This document shows positions 50,501-59,236 of a DNA stretch of 64,000 nt, piece after piece. This DNA is from a virus (lineage: Duplodnaviria > Caudoviricetes): the IMG/VR virus record IMGVR_UViG_3300028886_000028, positions 160,001-224,000 of that record, one strand, 5' to 3'. The notes below the pieces were generated by a model. The model was not told where the DNA came from. It was given only the letters and a program-made list of their open reading frames with translations, and searched no databases. Position 1 is the stretch's first letter, and every line of letters begins with the position of its first letter. The translations under genes and the position numbers were made by a program.

Positions 50501-51603
50501 CAAATAGCGCAATTACTACTGTTATATTCAATAATGAAAGAATAGTGGCAGAATCATTAAATGACCTTAATGAAAGAAAACTTGATGCTAGTGCATATAG
50601 TGAAACTGATTTGTCTAATTATTATACAAAAGATGAAACCAGTGGTGCAACTGAAATTTCAACCGCTTTGTCAGGATATTACACGAAAGGTGAAACAAGC
50701 GGAGCAAGTGAAATATCTTCTGCTTTATTAGAGTATTATACAAAGTCAGAAACAAGTGGCGCTACTGAATTGGAAGCAGCATTAAGTGGAAAAGTTGATA
50801 CAAATGATATTGCTGATTTCTTCGATAATGCCGTTTATGAGTTAAGTGGAACAACACATGTTATTAATTTCTATAATGGTAACACAATTAAAGCCACCAT
50901 TGATGCAACTGATTTCATCAAAGACGGAATGATTGATTCCGTTAGAGTTGAAACAAGTGGCGATACATCTGTTCTTGTTATAACATGGAATACTGATGCT
51001 GGCAAATCACAAACTATCCTTAACGTTGGCGACATCTTTGAGTCTGATAACTATTATACAAAGGATGAAACAAGTGGCGCAACTGAAATAACAGAAGCAT
51101 TAAGTGAAATTGACGATTTAATTGAGGCTCTTGATGAAAATAAGTTGGATGCTAGCGCATATACTCCAACTGATTTAAGCAATTACTATACAAAGTCAGA
51201 AACAAGTGGCGCTACTGAAATTGAAGACGCACTAAACGATATTGTTAGTAGTTTAACAATTACTGTTGATACTGCAATAGATGAAAATTCTAATAACCCA
51301 ATTGCAAATAGTGCAATTACTGCTGTTATATTAGATAATGAAAGAATAGTGGCAAAATCATTAAATGACCTTAATAGTAGGAAACTTGATGTTAGTGCAT
51401 ATTCAGAAACTGATTTATCTGATTATTATACAAAATCAGAAACAAGTGGTGCTACTGAAATTTCAACCGCAATATCAGACATGGCAACAAAGAGTGCAGA
51501 CCTTGATAATATAATGCTAAAGAAAATAACTCAAAGTGATTATGATGACCTTGTTTCAGGCGGAACAGTTAATCTTAACACGCTTTATATTATAATTGAT
51601 TAA
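47575..51603 (+). CDS. Highly repetitive long fibre protein
   Basis: GEIAVN N-terminus; repeated KLDASAYTPTDLSNYYTKSETSGA units; DATDFIKDGMIDSV modules; C-terminal ITQSDYDDL...LYII. Confidence 0.75.
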   Translation: MAKFRYQHIKSSVEGKAPSSEKIKVGEIAVNDFAGDEKLFIKNSEGTVVDFPRGYSRDDIDGIERILSESLNDLNSRKLDASAYTPTDLSNYYTKDETSGASEINSALNEIDGSFDEISDLIEALDEKKLDASAYTETDLTDYYKKEETSGASEIQSALDGIDDLIEALDEKKLDASAYTPVDLSLYYTKDEIDDSGTVIAESLNDLNSRKLDASAYTPTDLSNYYTKSETSGASEISTALSDYYTKSEVYAKSEVDDIVESIDVTDQLSGFADSVIYNSTTKYVEFYHGTTAGTKVFEFDATDFIKDGMIDSVSVETSGDTSVLVITWNTDAGKEETILNIGDIFEADNYYTKSETSGTTEIQNALDEKADKDDLTPIYEAIEDLSGQNETIAAALVDLDSQSETVAAALVDLDSQHETIAAALVDLNDRKLDATAYTPVNLSNYYTKSETSGASEISTALSGYYTKSEVYTKSEVDNIVDSIDVSGQLSGYLTTSAFTSYSANVDNELDSILDDINDTIEALDEKKLDASAYTPTDLSNYYTKDEIDDSGTVIAESLNDLNSRKLDASAYTPTDLSNYYTKSETSGASEIATALSGYYTKSETSGATEIANALSGYYTKSETSGASEIATALSGYYTKSETSGATEIQNALDEISNSLSGVDDSIEELDEKKLDASAYTPIDLSKYYEKEYIDEIEEITSESLNDLNSRKLDASAYTPIDLSDYYTKSEVDNIAESIDVSDQLSGYADSVIYNSTSKYVEFYHGTTAGTKVFEFDAEPFIIDGMVEDVAIEDVVSGASTVKCLVVSFNTEAGKQDITIPVADIFDSSSYYTKGEIDDVERVISESLNDLNLRKLDVSAYTPTDLSNYYNKTEIDGIIENIDVSDQLSGYVMTSTFTSYSASVDSELDAIGDLIEALDENKLDASAYTPTDLSNYYTKSETSGATEIENALNDIVSSLTITVDTAIDENSSNPIANSAITTVIFNNERIVAESLNDLNERKLDASAYSETDLSNYYTKDETSGATEISTALSGYYTKGETSGASEISSALLEYYTKSETSGATELEAALSGKVDTNDIADFFDNAVYELSGTTHVINFYNGNTIKATIDATDFIKDGMIDSVRVETSGDTSVLVITWNTDAGKSQTILNVGDIFESDNYYTKDETSGATEITEALSEIDDLIEALDENKLDASAYTPTDLSNYYTKSETSGATEIEDALNDIVSSLTITVDTAIDENSNNPIANSAITAVILDNERIVAKSLNDLNSRKLDVSAYSETDLSDYYTKSETSGATEISTAISDMATKSADLDNIMLKKITQSDYDDLVSGGTVNLNTLYIIID

Positions 51604-51608
51604 TACAT

Positions 51609-51737
51609 ATGGAAACAAATAAGTTATTTTTAAACGGAACAAACATTGGGAGTGTCAAACTTGGCACTTCCGATGTTAAGATTTATCTTGGAACAAAACT
51701 TATATATCCATTAGAGAGTGAACAATCAACTGAGTAG
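51609..51737 (+). CDS. Small fibre-associated peptide (42 aa)
   Basis: METNKLFLNGTNIGSVKLGTSDVKIYLGTKLIYP..., read manually. Confidence 0.55.
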   Translation: METNKLFLNGTNIGSVKLGTSDVKIYLGTKLIYPLESEQSTE

Positions 51738-51968
51738 TAGCATAATGATATATGAGCGATAATGTTATTAATTGGGAACAAGTAAGGATAGATGCATCCA
51801 TTAATATAATGAATGCAATATTATCTAATAGTATCATGGTATTTATTCTTCAATTTTTATTTAAAAAACAAATATCAGACATCGCTGTAAAATATGCTGA
51901 TAAATTGATTGAAGAATTAAAGAAATAACATTAATCAAATATTTATATATAAAAAACAATTAATTATT

Positions 51969-53438
51969 ATGGGAAGATTTATAAGTAATTTTCAAACAAC
52001 ATCTGAATTGATAGCCTTTTCTGGCACAACAATGTTTGGCAAACCTCATGTATCATTGACAAAAGATACGTCATCAGTACATTATTTCAAAAGTGGCGTT
52101 GTTCCGCCAACTCCGCAGTATAGGTTTGTTGATGATGAAGGGTACACTTGTGAAGGATATGATAAATACACAAAGAAAAAACAGCAAGTATCATATGATA
52201 ACGGTGCAACATGGACTGATACCGGAGTTGTTTCAGCCGGTACATTAATTGAAGCAAATTCAGAAGATTGTGGATATGTTCCGCCAACGCCTACTGAAAC
52301 AAGAGTTGTATGTAAGTATAATACTAGTTCTGAAGGAGAAATTTCATTATTCTATTATTTTGAAAGCGGAAGTGGCAGCGGAAGTGGTAGTGGTTCAGGC
52401 AGTGAGCCTCCATTCACATCTATGGAAGTAGATGGCGTTGAAGTAGAGGTGACTCCTACTTACACATTTGACACAACAGGCGAGCACATTGTTAAATTTA
52501 CGCTAGCAGACCCAACAAATATTGGTACGAGTGCTTTCACTCATTGTTATAAACTTACAAGTGTAACTATGCCAGATAGTGTGACAAATATTGGTGATTA
52601 TGCTTTCTTTTGGTGTGATGGCCTTACAAGTATAGACATTCCAAGCGGCGTTACAAGTATTGGTGATTATGCTTTCTATCAATGTTATGGCCTTACAAGT
52701 TGTACAATAGGTAGCGGTGTTACAAGTATTGGTGAGAATGCTTTCTATTATTGTACTGGTCTTACAAGTATAGTTATTCCTGATAACGTAACAACTATAA
52801 GTGAGAATGCTTTCTATGAATGTCATAGTCTTACAAGTTGTACAATAGGTAGTGGCGTTACAAGTATTGGTGGTGAAGCTTTCAGAGATTGTAGTGGCCT
52901 TACAAGTATAGTTATACCTGATAGTGTTATAAGTATAGGCAATAGTGCTTTCGGATGGTGTAGTAGCATTAGTAGTTGTACAATAGGTAGTGGCGTTACA
53001 AGTATTGGTTATGACGCTTTCATTGCTTGTAGCGGCCTTACAAGTATAAACATACCTGATAGTGTGACAATTATTGATAGTAACACTTTCAACGGTTGTA
53101 GAAGTGTTACAAGTTGTACAATAGGTAGTGGCGTTACAAATATTGGTACTTATGCTTTCGCTGATTGTAGAAGCCTTACAAGTATAACATCAAATGCTGT
53201 AACTGCACCTGAAATACAAATTAACACATTCCAAGGAATTGCAGAAAATGGTACATTATATGTTCCAGAAGATAGTACTAGTTATGATACCAATTGGTTG
53301 TCAAGTGAAGAATACTATTTAGGATATTACAGTTGGAATATAGAACATACACAGCCAAGTGGCTCAGGTAGCGGCTCAGGCAGTGGCTCAGATAGTGGTA
53401 CAGACAGTGGCTCAGGCAGTGGTTCTGGAAATGGTTAA
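51969..53438 (+). CDS. Variant anchor-peptide + GS linker + BspA LRR protein
   Basis: MGRFISNFQT...PHVSL...VHYF; GSGSGS linkers; about 10 LRRs. Confidence 0.88.
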   Translation: MGRFISNFQTTSELIAFSGTTMFGKPHVSLTKDTSSVHYFKSGVVPPTPQYRFVDDEGYTCEGYDKYTKKKQQVSYDNGATWTDTGVVSAGTLIEANSEDCGYVPPTPTETRVVCKYNTSSEGEISLFYYFESGSGSGSGSGSGSEPPFTSMEVDGVEVEVTPTYTFDTTGEHIVKFTLADPTNIGTSAFTHCYKLTSVTMPDSVTNIGDYAFFWCDGLTSIDIPSGVTSIGDYAFYQCYGLTSCTIGSGVTSIGENAFYYCTGLTSIVIPDNVTTISENAFYECHSLTSCTIGSGVTSIGGEAFRDCSGLTSIVIPDSVISIGNSAFGWCSSISSCTIGSGVTSIGYDAFIACSGLTSINIPDSVTIIDSNTFNGCRSVTSCTIGSGVTNIGTYAFADCRSLTSITSNAVTAPEIQINTFQGIAENGTLYVPEDSTSYDTNWLSSEEYYLGYYSWNIEHTQPSGSGSGSGSGSDSGTDSGSGSGSGNG

Positions 53439-53515
53439 GAATAATAAATCTATAAAAAGGGGTAATCAGTTAAGATTACTCTTTTTTTATTTGTTAATAC
53501 TTTTATTTTTTGTAT

Positions 53516-55066
53516 ATGAATAATAAATTTTGCATATTAACAGTTATAAAAAATGAACATGAATACCTAGATGAGTGGATAAAATATCACCTTGATTTAG
53601 GTATTAATCATATATTCATATTTGAGGATATTGACAGTGATTCGCATAAGGAAATATGTGAAAAATATGGCGATAAAATAACATTAAATAATATTGATGT
53701 GGTTCTAGATGAACAAAATAAGAAAAAAATAAGGGAACTGAAATTATCTAAAATAAAGAATCCTCAAGAAATATATTTTCCAAAGGCTTTAACGTGGATA
53801 CAGAAAAACTATAATTATAATTGGTGTTTTGTCATAGATTGTGATGAATTTATAACACTAAAAGATAAAACACTTGAAGATATATTAGAATTATATAAAG
53901 ATTATGATGCTTTTGTTTTGCAATGGAAAATATATGGAGCAAACGGTCATATAAACAAACAAGATTATTCTGATAAAGGATTAGTGGGAATATATACAAA
54001 AGAATCTCATTATCCTGGACACCATGTATTAGAATGGACAACTAAGACTTGTTATAATGTTAAAGCGTTCAAAGAATCATATTTGAAATGTTGCCATCAG
54101 CCTACAGATGAATGTAAGTGGTGTAAAACAGACTATTCAAATGATAGAAAAAAATTAGTATTTGATAACGTTTATCTAAGGCATTATATGACAAAATCTT
54201 GGGAAGAATACATTTCCAAAAGAAAGAGGGGATATTTTATGGGATTCGCAAGAACAAGTGATTTTTTCTTTAAAGTAAATCCAGATATGCTTTCTATGAG
54301 GGGTGAATTATTAAATCAAATTAAAAGTGAAACTTTAGTTGTATTACCATATAAACAAAGTAGTTCTCAAGGTAATGAGATTAGATTAAGTTTAAATGGA
54401 TGGAGAAAGTTCTGTAAATTCGAATATCATTTCATTGTTATTGGAGAATTTGATGAAAAATTAAAAAAAGACTTTCCTTGGGTTGAATTCATACATTGTC
54501 CAAGTAAAGAAAAGAAAAATGGACAGTATAATCCACATCTTGATATTCAGAATAAGTTTAAGATAATATCAAGAATGTATTCTCAAATGTATGATGGCTT
54601 TATTTACATAACTGATGACGAATATGCAGTAAAACCATTTGATTTGAGTGATATTAAAGCCACGTATTATCATTCATCAAGTTTTACTGGGTGTGAAAAA
54701 TGCCCAACATCATTCTGGAGGTATGATAAATGGAAAACAAGGCAATTATTGGATAAATACAATTTGCCGCATATAAATTACACAACGCATTATCCTTGTT
54801 ACTTTGAATTTAAAAAATTTGATGAAATACGTAAAAAGTTCAATATGCTTGAAGAAAGCTATGTGTTTGATGATGTGTATTTCAACTATTTCAAGCATGA
54901 AGAACCAATATTGGACAGTGAAATAAGACTAGGTATATGGAGCAATGACATATTCAAGAATGATTTCAAGAAAGCAGTTGAAAATCCAAATATTAAATTT
55001 ATGTGCAATAGTGTTGAAGGATGGAGCAAGGAATTAGAAAAAGATTTGGAAATTATAGTAAATTAA
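53516..55066 (+). CDS. Two-domain glycosyltransferase (GT-A, family 2/92-like)
   Basis: KNEHEYLDEWIKYHLDLG, FVIDCDEF, HYMTKSWEE; second domain with YITDD. Confidence 0.8.
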   Translation: MNNKFCILTVIKNEHEYLDEWIKYHLDLGINHIFIFEDIDSDSHKEICEKYGDKITLNNIDVVLDEQNKKKIRELKLSKIKNPQEIYFPKALTWIQKNYNYNWCFVIDCDEFITLKDKTLEDILELYKDYDAFVLQWKIYGANGHINKQDYSDKGLVGIYTKESHYPGHHVLEWTTKTCYNVKAFKESYLKCCHQPTDECKWCKTDYSNDRKKLVFDNVYLRHYMTKSWEEYISKRKRGYFMGFARTSDFFFKVNPDMLSMRGELLNQIKSETLVVLPYKQSSSQGNEIRLSLNGWRKFCKFEYHFIVIGEFDEKLKKDFPWVEFIHCPSKEKKNGQYNPHLDIQNKFKIISRMYSQMYDGFIYITDDEYAVKPFDLSDIKATYYHSSSFTGCEKCPTSFWRYDKWKTRQLLDKYNLPHINYTTHYPCYFEFKKFDEIRKKFNMLEESYVFDDVYFNYFKHEEPILDSEIRLGIWSNDIFKNDFKKAVENPNIKFMCNSVEGWSKELEKDLEIIVN

Positions 55067-55119
55067 AGATATTTATATAATAGAAAAATAACAAAAAAAT
55101 TAAAAATTGTTTAATAATA

Positions 55120-56931
55120 ATGGGAAGATTTATAAGTAATTTCCAGACTACAGCAGAATTAATGGCTTTTTCTGGAACAACAGAATTTGGCAAGCCTCAT
55201 GTATCATTGACAAAAGATACATCGTTTGTATATTATTTTGCAAGTGGTGTTGTTCCACCAACTCCACAGTATAGGTTTGTGGATGACGGATACACTTGTA
55301 ATGGATTTGATAAATACACACAAATAAAGCAACAAGTGTCATATGATAATGGTGCAACATGGACTGATACGGGAATTGTTTCAGCTGGTACATTAATTGA
55401 AGCAAATTCAGAAGATTGTGGATATGTTCCGCCAACGCCTACTGAAACAAGAGTTGTATGTAAGTATAATACTAGTTCTTATGGACAAACTACTAAATTA
55501 TTCCATTTCGAAGGTGGAAGTGGTAGCGGTAGCGGAAGCGGTAGTGGTTCAGGTAGTGGAACCGGCGGTGATTTACCATTCAGTTCAATGGAAGTAGATG
55601 GCGTTGAAGTAGAGGTGGATTCTAATTACACATTCGACACAGCTGGTGAACACATAGTTAAATTTACATTAGTTGACCCAACAAATATTGGTACGAGTGC
55701 TTTCACTTATTGTTATAATCTTACAAGTGTAATTATACCAGATAGTGTGGCAAATATTGGTGATTATGCTTTCTATAGTTGCGACAGTATTACAAGTATA
55801 GTTATACCTGATAGTGTAACAAGTATTAGTAGTTATGCTTTCGCTGATTGTGGAAGCCTTAATAGCATATCCATACCTAATAGTGTAACAAGTATTGGTG
55901 AAAGTGCTTTCGCTGATTGCCATTGCCTTACAAGTGTAACAATTCCAAGTGGCGTTACAAGTATTGGTGATGTGGTTTTCAGCAATTGTAGAAGTCTTAC
56001 AAGTATAACTATACCAGATAGTGTTACAAGTATTGGCGATTATGCTTTCTATGATTGTAGAGGCCTTACAAGTATAGTTATACCTGATAGTGTAACAACG
56101 ATTGGTTATGAGGCTTTCTATGAATGTAATAGCCTTTCAAGTTGTACCATTGGAAGTGGTGTTACAAGTATTGGCAATGGTGCTTTCATGTTTTGTAGTG
56201 GACTTACAAGCATAGTTATACCTGATAGTGTTACAAGTATTGGCGATTATGTTTTCGAAGAATGTACAAGGCTTACAAGTTGTACCATAGGTAGCGGTGT
56301 AACAAGTATTGGTGAAAGCGCTTTTAAAATATGTACTAGTTTTACAAGTATAGATATACCTGATAGTGTTACAAGTATTGGTTATAATGCTTTCTATTAT
56401 TGTAGTGGCCTTACAAGTTGCACAATAGGTGATAGTGTTACAAGTATTGGTGATTATGCTTTCTATAAATGTAGTTGCCTTACAAGTATAGTTATACCTG
56501 ATAGTGTTACAAGTATTGGGGGACGTGCTTTCGCTGATTGTCACGGCCTTAGTAGTTGTACAATAGGTAGTGGGGTCACAAGTATTGGGGACGAAGGTTT
56601 CGGTAGGTGTACTAGCCTTACAAATATAGTTATACCTGATAGTGTAACAAGTATTGGTAATAGTGTTTTCAATTGTTGTAGTGGCCTTACAAGTTGTACA
56701 ATAGGTAGTGGCGTAACAAATATTGGCATTTACGTTTTTAGTGGCTGTTATAGTCTTAGTAGCATAGCATGCAATGCAATGACAGCACCTGCAATACAAA
56801 GTACCACATTCAATAACGTTAAAACTAATGGAACATTATACGTTCCGGCAAATAGTGTTGGCTATGATGTATGGATGCAGAGCGCCAATTATTATTTAGG
56901 ATTATATAATTGGGCAAAAGTTGAACAATAA
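55120..56931 (+). CDS. Variant anchor-peptide + GS linker + BspA LRR protein (paralogue of 51969)
   Basis: Near-identical N-terminal ~120 aa; about 15 LRRs; WAKVEQ cap. Confidence 0.9.
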   Translation: MGRFISNFQTTAELMAFSGTTEFGKPHVSLTKDTSFVYYFASGVVPPTPQYRFVDDGYTCNGFDKYTQIKQQVSYDNGATWTDTGIVSAGTLIEANSEDCGYVPPTPTETRVVCKYNTSSYGQTTKLFHFEGGSGSGSGSGSGSGSGTGGDLPFSSMEVDGVEVEVDSNYTFDTAGEHIVKFTLVDPTNIGTSAFTYCYNLTSVIIPDSVANIGDYAFYSCDSITSIVIPDSVTSISSYAFADCGSLNSISIPNSVTSIGESAFADCHCLTSVTIPSGVTSIGDVVFSNCRSLTSITIPDSVTSIGDYAFYDCRGLTSIVIPDSVTTIGYEAFYECNSLSSCTIGSGVTSIGNGAFMFCSGLTSIVIPDSVTSIGDYVFEECTRLTSCTIGSGVTSIGESAFKICTSFTSIDIPDSVTSIGYNAFYYCSGLTSCTIGDSVTSIGDYAFYKCSCLTSIVIPDSVTSIGGRAFADCHGLSSCTIGSGVTSIGDEGFGRCTSLTNIVIPDSVTSIGNSVFNCCSGLTSCTIGSGVTNIGIYVFSGCYSLSSIACNAMTAPAIQSTTFNNVKTNGTLYVPANSVGYDVWMQSANYYLGLYNWAKVEQ

Positions 56932-56959
56932 ATAAGCAATAAGAATTAAGAAAAAAATT

Positions 56960-58165
56960 ATGGCAAAATATTTAAGATTATTTGATGAACATACTGATTA
57001 TGAAGCAGCTGAGAGTAGCTTAGTATTACCGAACGTATCATTTTGTCTTGATACGCCTAATGATGTACATTATAAACCATATACTCCTCCAGCGTTAGTT
57101 GTTAAGTTTGATGTAACAGATACAAGTAGCCCAACAACAATTGCGAACAAAACAAGCGGATTTAATTCAATTGAGATAGATGGCGTTGTTCAACCATCAG
57201 TTGTTACTGAATATACATTTCCCACCACAGGCGAGCATACAGTTAAATATACATTAACAGACGAAACTATTATTGGAAATAGTGCTTTTACTGAATGCTA
57301 TAAAATTACAAGTATAGTTATACCTGATAGCGTAAAAACTATTGGCTACTATGCTTTTAGTAGTTGTAGCAGACTTACAAGTTGTACAATAGGAAGTGGA
57401 GTTACAAATATTGGTACTTGTGCTTTCAATCAATGTAGAAATCTTACAAGTATAGATATTCCTGATAGTATTACAAGTATTGGTACTTATGCTTTCCAAT
57501 ATTGTAGAAGTCTTACAAGTGTAAATATAGGTAGTGGAGTTATAAATATTGGCAATTTTGCTTTCGCTAATTGTAGCGGCCTTACAAGTATAGTTATCCC
57601 TGATAATGTAACAAGTATTGGAAGTGGCATGTGTAGCGGTTGTACAAACCTAACAAGTTGTACTATAGGTAGTGGTGTTACAAGTATTGGCAAAAGTGCT
57701 TTCAGAAATTGTAGTGGCATTACAAGTATAGTTATCCCTGATAGTGTTACAAGTATTGGAAATAACACTTTTACTTCTTGCTATAGCCTTACAAGTTGTA
57801 CAATAGGTAGTGGCGTTACAAGTATTAATAGCCAAACATTTGCTTATTGCAGTGGCCTTACAAGTATAAATATACCTGATAGCGTAACAAGAATTGAGAT
57901 ACAAGCTTTCGATGATTGTGATGCCCTTGCAAGCGTTACGATAGGTAGTGGCGTTACATATATTGGAGATGCATCTTTTGGGCGTTGTGATGGGCTACTT
58001 ACAATAATATCAAAAGCAACAGATGCGCCAACAATATTCAATAGCTTTTTATATGTTAGAAAAGGTGGCACATTATATGTTCCGGTAGGAAGTAGAGATA
58101 GTTACAATAATAAATGGGGTAGTGATTTACTAAGTAGTTACGAATGGACGTTAGAAGAACAATAA
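56960..58165 (+). CDS. Anchor-peptide + BspA LRR protein
   Basis: MAKYLRLFDEHTDYEAAESSLVLPNVSFCLDTPNDVHYKPY; about 11 LRRs. Confidence 0.9.
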   Translation: MAKYLRLFDEHTDYEAAESSLVLPNVSFCLDTPNDVHYKPYTPPALVVKFDVTDTSSPTTIANKTSGFNSIEIDGVVQPSVVTEYTFPTTGEHTVKYTLTDETIIGNSAFTECYKITSIVIPDSVKTIGYYAFSSCSRLTSCTIGSGVTNIGTCAFNQCRNLTSIDIPDSITSIGTYAFQYCRSLTSVNIGSGVINIGNFAFANCSGLTSIVIPDNVTSIGSGMCSGCTNLTSCTIGSGVTSIGKSAFRNCSGITSIVIPDSVTSIGNNTFTSCYSLTSCTIGSGVTSINSQTFAYCSGLTSINIPDSVTRIEIQAFDDCDALASVTIGSGVTYIGDASFGRCDGLLTIISKATDAPTIFNSFLYVRKGGTLYVPVGSRDSYNNKWGSDLLSSYEWTLEEQ

Positions 58166-58282
58166 CAGTAAACTATTTTAAAACTAAATTATGTAAAAAG
58201 TTTCAGACGCAATATCTGAAACTTTTTTGTTTTCTATTGATATACGTTTTTATTTTATTATTTTTTATAAAAAAAACAAAAA

Positions 58283-58978
58283 ATGGAAAATAGTATTGCA
58301 GTAGTAGTTTGTTCAAGGGACAACAATGAAATTAAAAAGAGAGTTGTAGAGCATATTAAAGACACTTGTGAATGTAATGCCCATACATATTATATGTATA
58401 ACCCTGAAGGTGTTGGTTTGTCTGAAATATATAATTCAATGCTTTCTCCGGAAAAAACTGAATATGATATTATTGTTTATATTCATGACGATATTGAATT
58501 TTTAAGAAAAGGTTGGGGAAGGGAAATATTACGATTATTTAATGAACATGAAGATTATGGAATTATAGGTGTAGCCGGTTCAGCACAATTTGATTCAAAT
58601 GGCGCATGGTGGCAATATGAAAAGAAATATGGTCAAGTTCTTCATAGGCATGATGGAAAATCATGGCTAACATCATTTTCTCCATTGTTGGATAAAGACT
58701 TACAGGAAGTGTGCGTTATTGATGGTTTATTTATGGCTGTTCATAGGAAAAGAATAAGTAAAGAGTTTGATGTAAACTGTAAGTTTGATTATTATGACAT
58801 TTCTTTTTGTTTAGACAATTATTTAGATGGTAAGACTAAAATAGGTGTAACTACCAATATTAGACTTGCCCATAATTCTATTGGCCAAATGAGAGAAGAT
58901 TGGTATACTACCAGAGAATATATAAATAAGAAATATGAAAATGTATTTCCAATTGATATTACGAAAAAGAAAAAATAA
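58283..58978 (+). CDS. Glycosyltransferase family 2-like
   Basis: YIHDDIEF, GIIGVAG, IDGLFMA, FDYYDISFC, H.S.G. Confidence 0.82.
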   Translation: MENSIAVVVCSRDNNEIKKRVVEHIKDTCECNAHTYYMYNPEGVGLSEIYNSMLSPEKTEYDIIVYIHDDIEFLRKGWGREILRLFNEHEDYGIIGVAGSAQFDSNGAWWQYEKKYGQVLHRHDGKSWLTSFSPLLDKDLQEVCVIDGLFMAVHRKRISKEFDVNCKFDYYDISFCLDNYLDGKTKIGVTTNIRLAHNSIGQMREDWYTTREYINKKYENVFPIDITKKKK

Positions 58979-58981
58979 AAT

Positions 58982-59236
58982 ATGAATGATAAATTAAAAA
59001 AATATTTAAGTAATAAATCTCTTGAAAATTTAGCGTCTTTAAGGGGTTTAGTTTCTTCAATATGTAATGATTATGACAAAAATCTTACAACATATGCAAC
59101 AATAAATGATGATAAATCTTTTTTAAAAATGCCTCAAGATGTTAAAGAAATGCATGAGAGAAGGACAAAATTGTTTAGTTTGCTTATGAGTATAAATGCA
59201 ATGATTGAAGATAAATTATTTAATCTATATGAATAG
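58982..59236 (+). CDS. Hypothetical protein
   Basis: ORF track. Confidence 0.6.
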   Translation: MNDKLKKYLSNKSLENLASLRGLVSSICNDYDKNLTTYATINDDKSFLKMPQDVKEMHERRTKLFSLLMSINAMIEDKLFNLYE

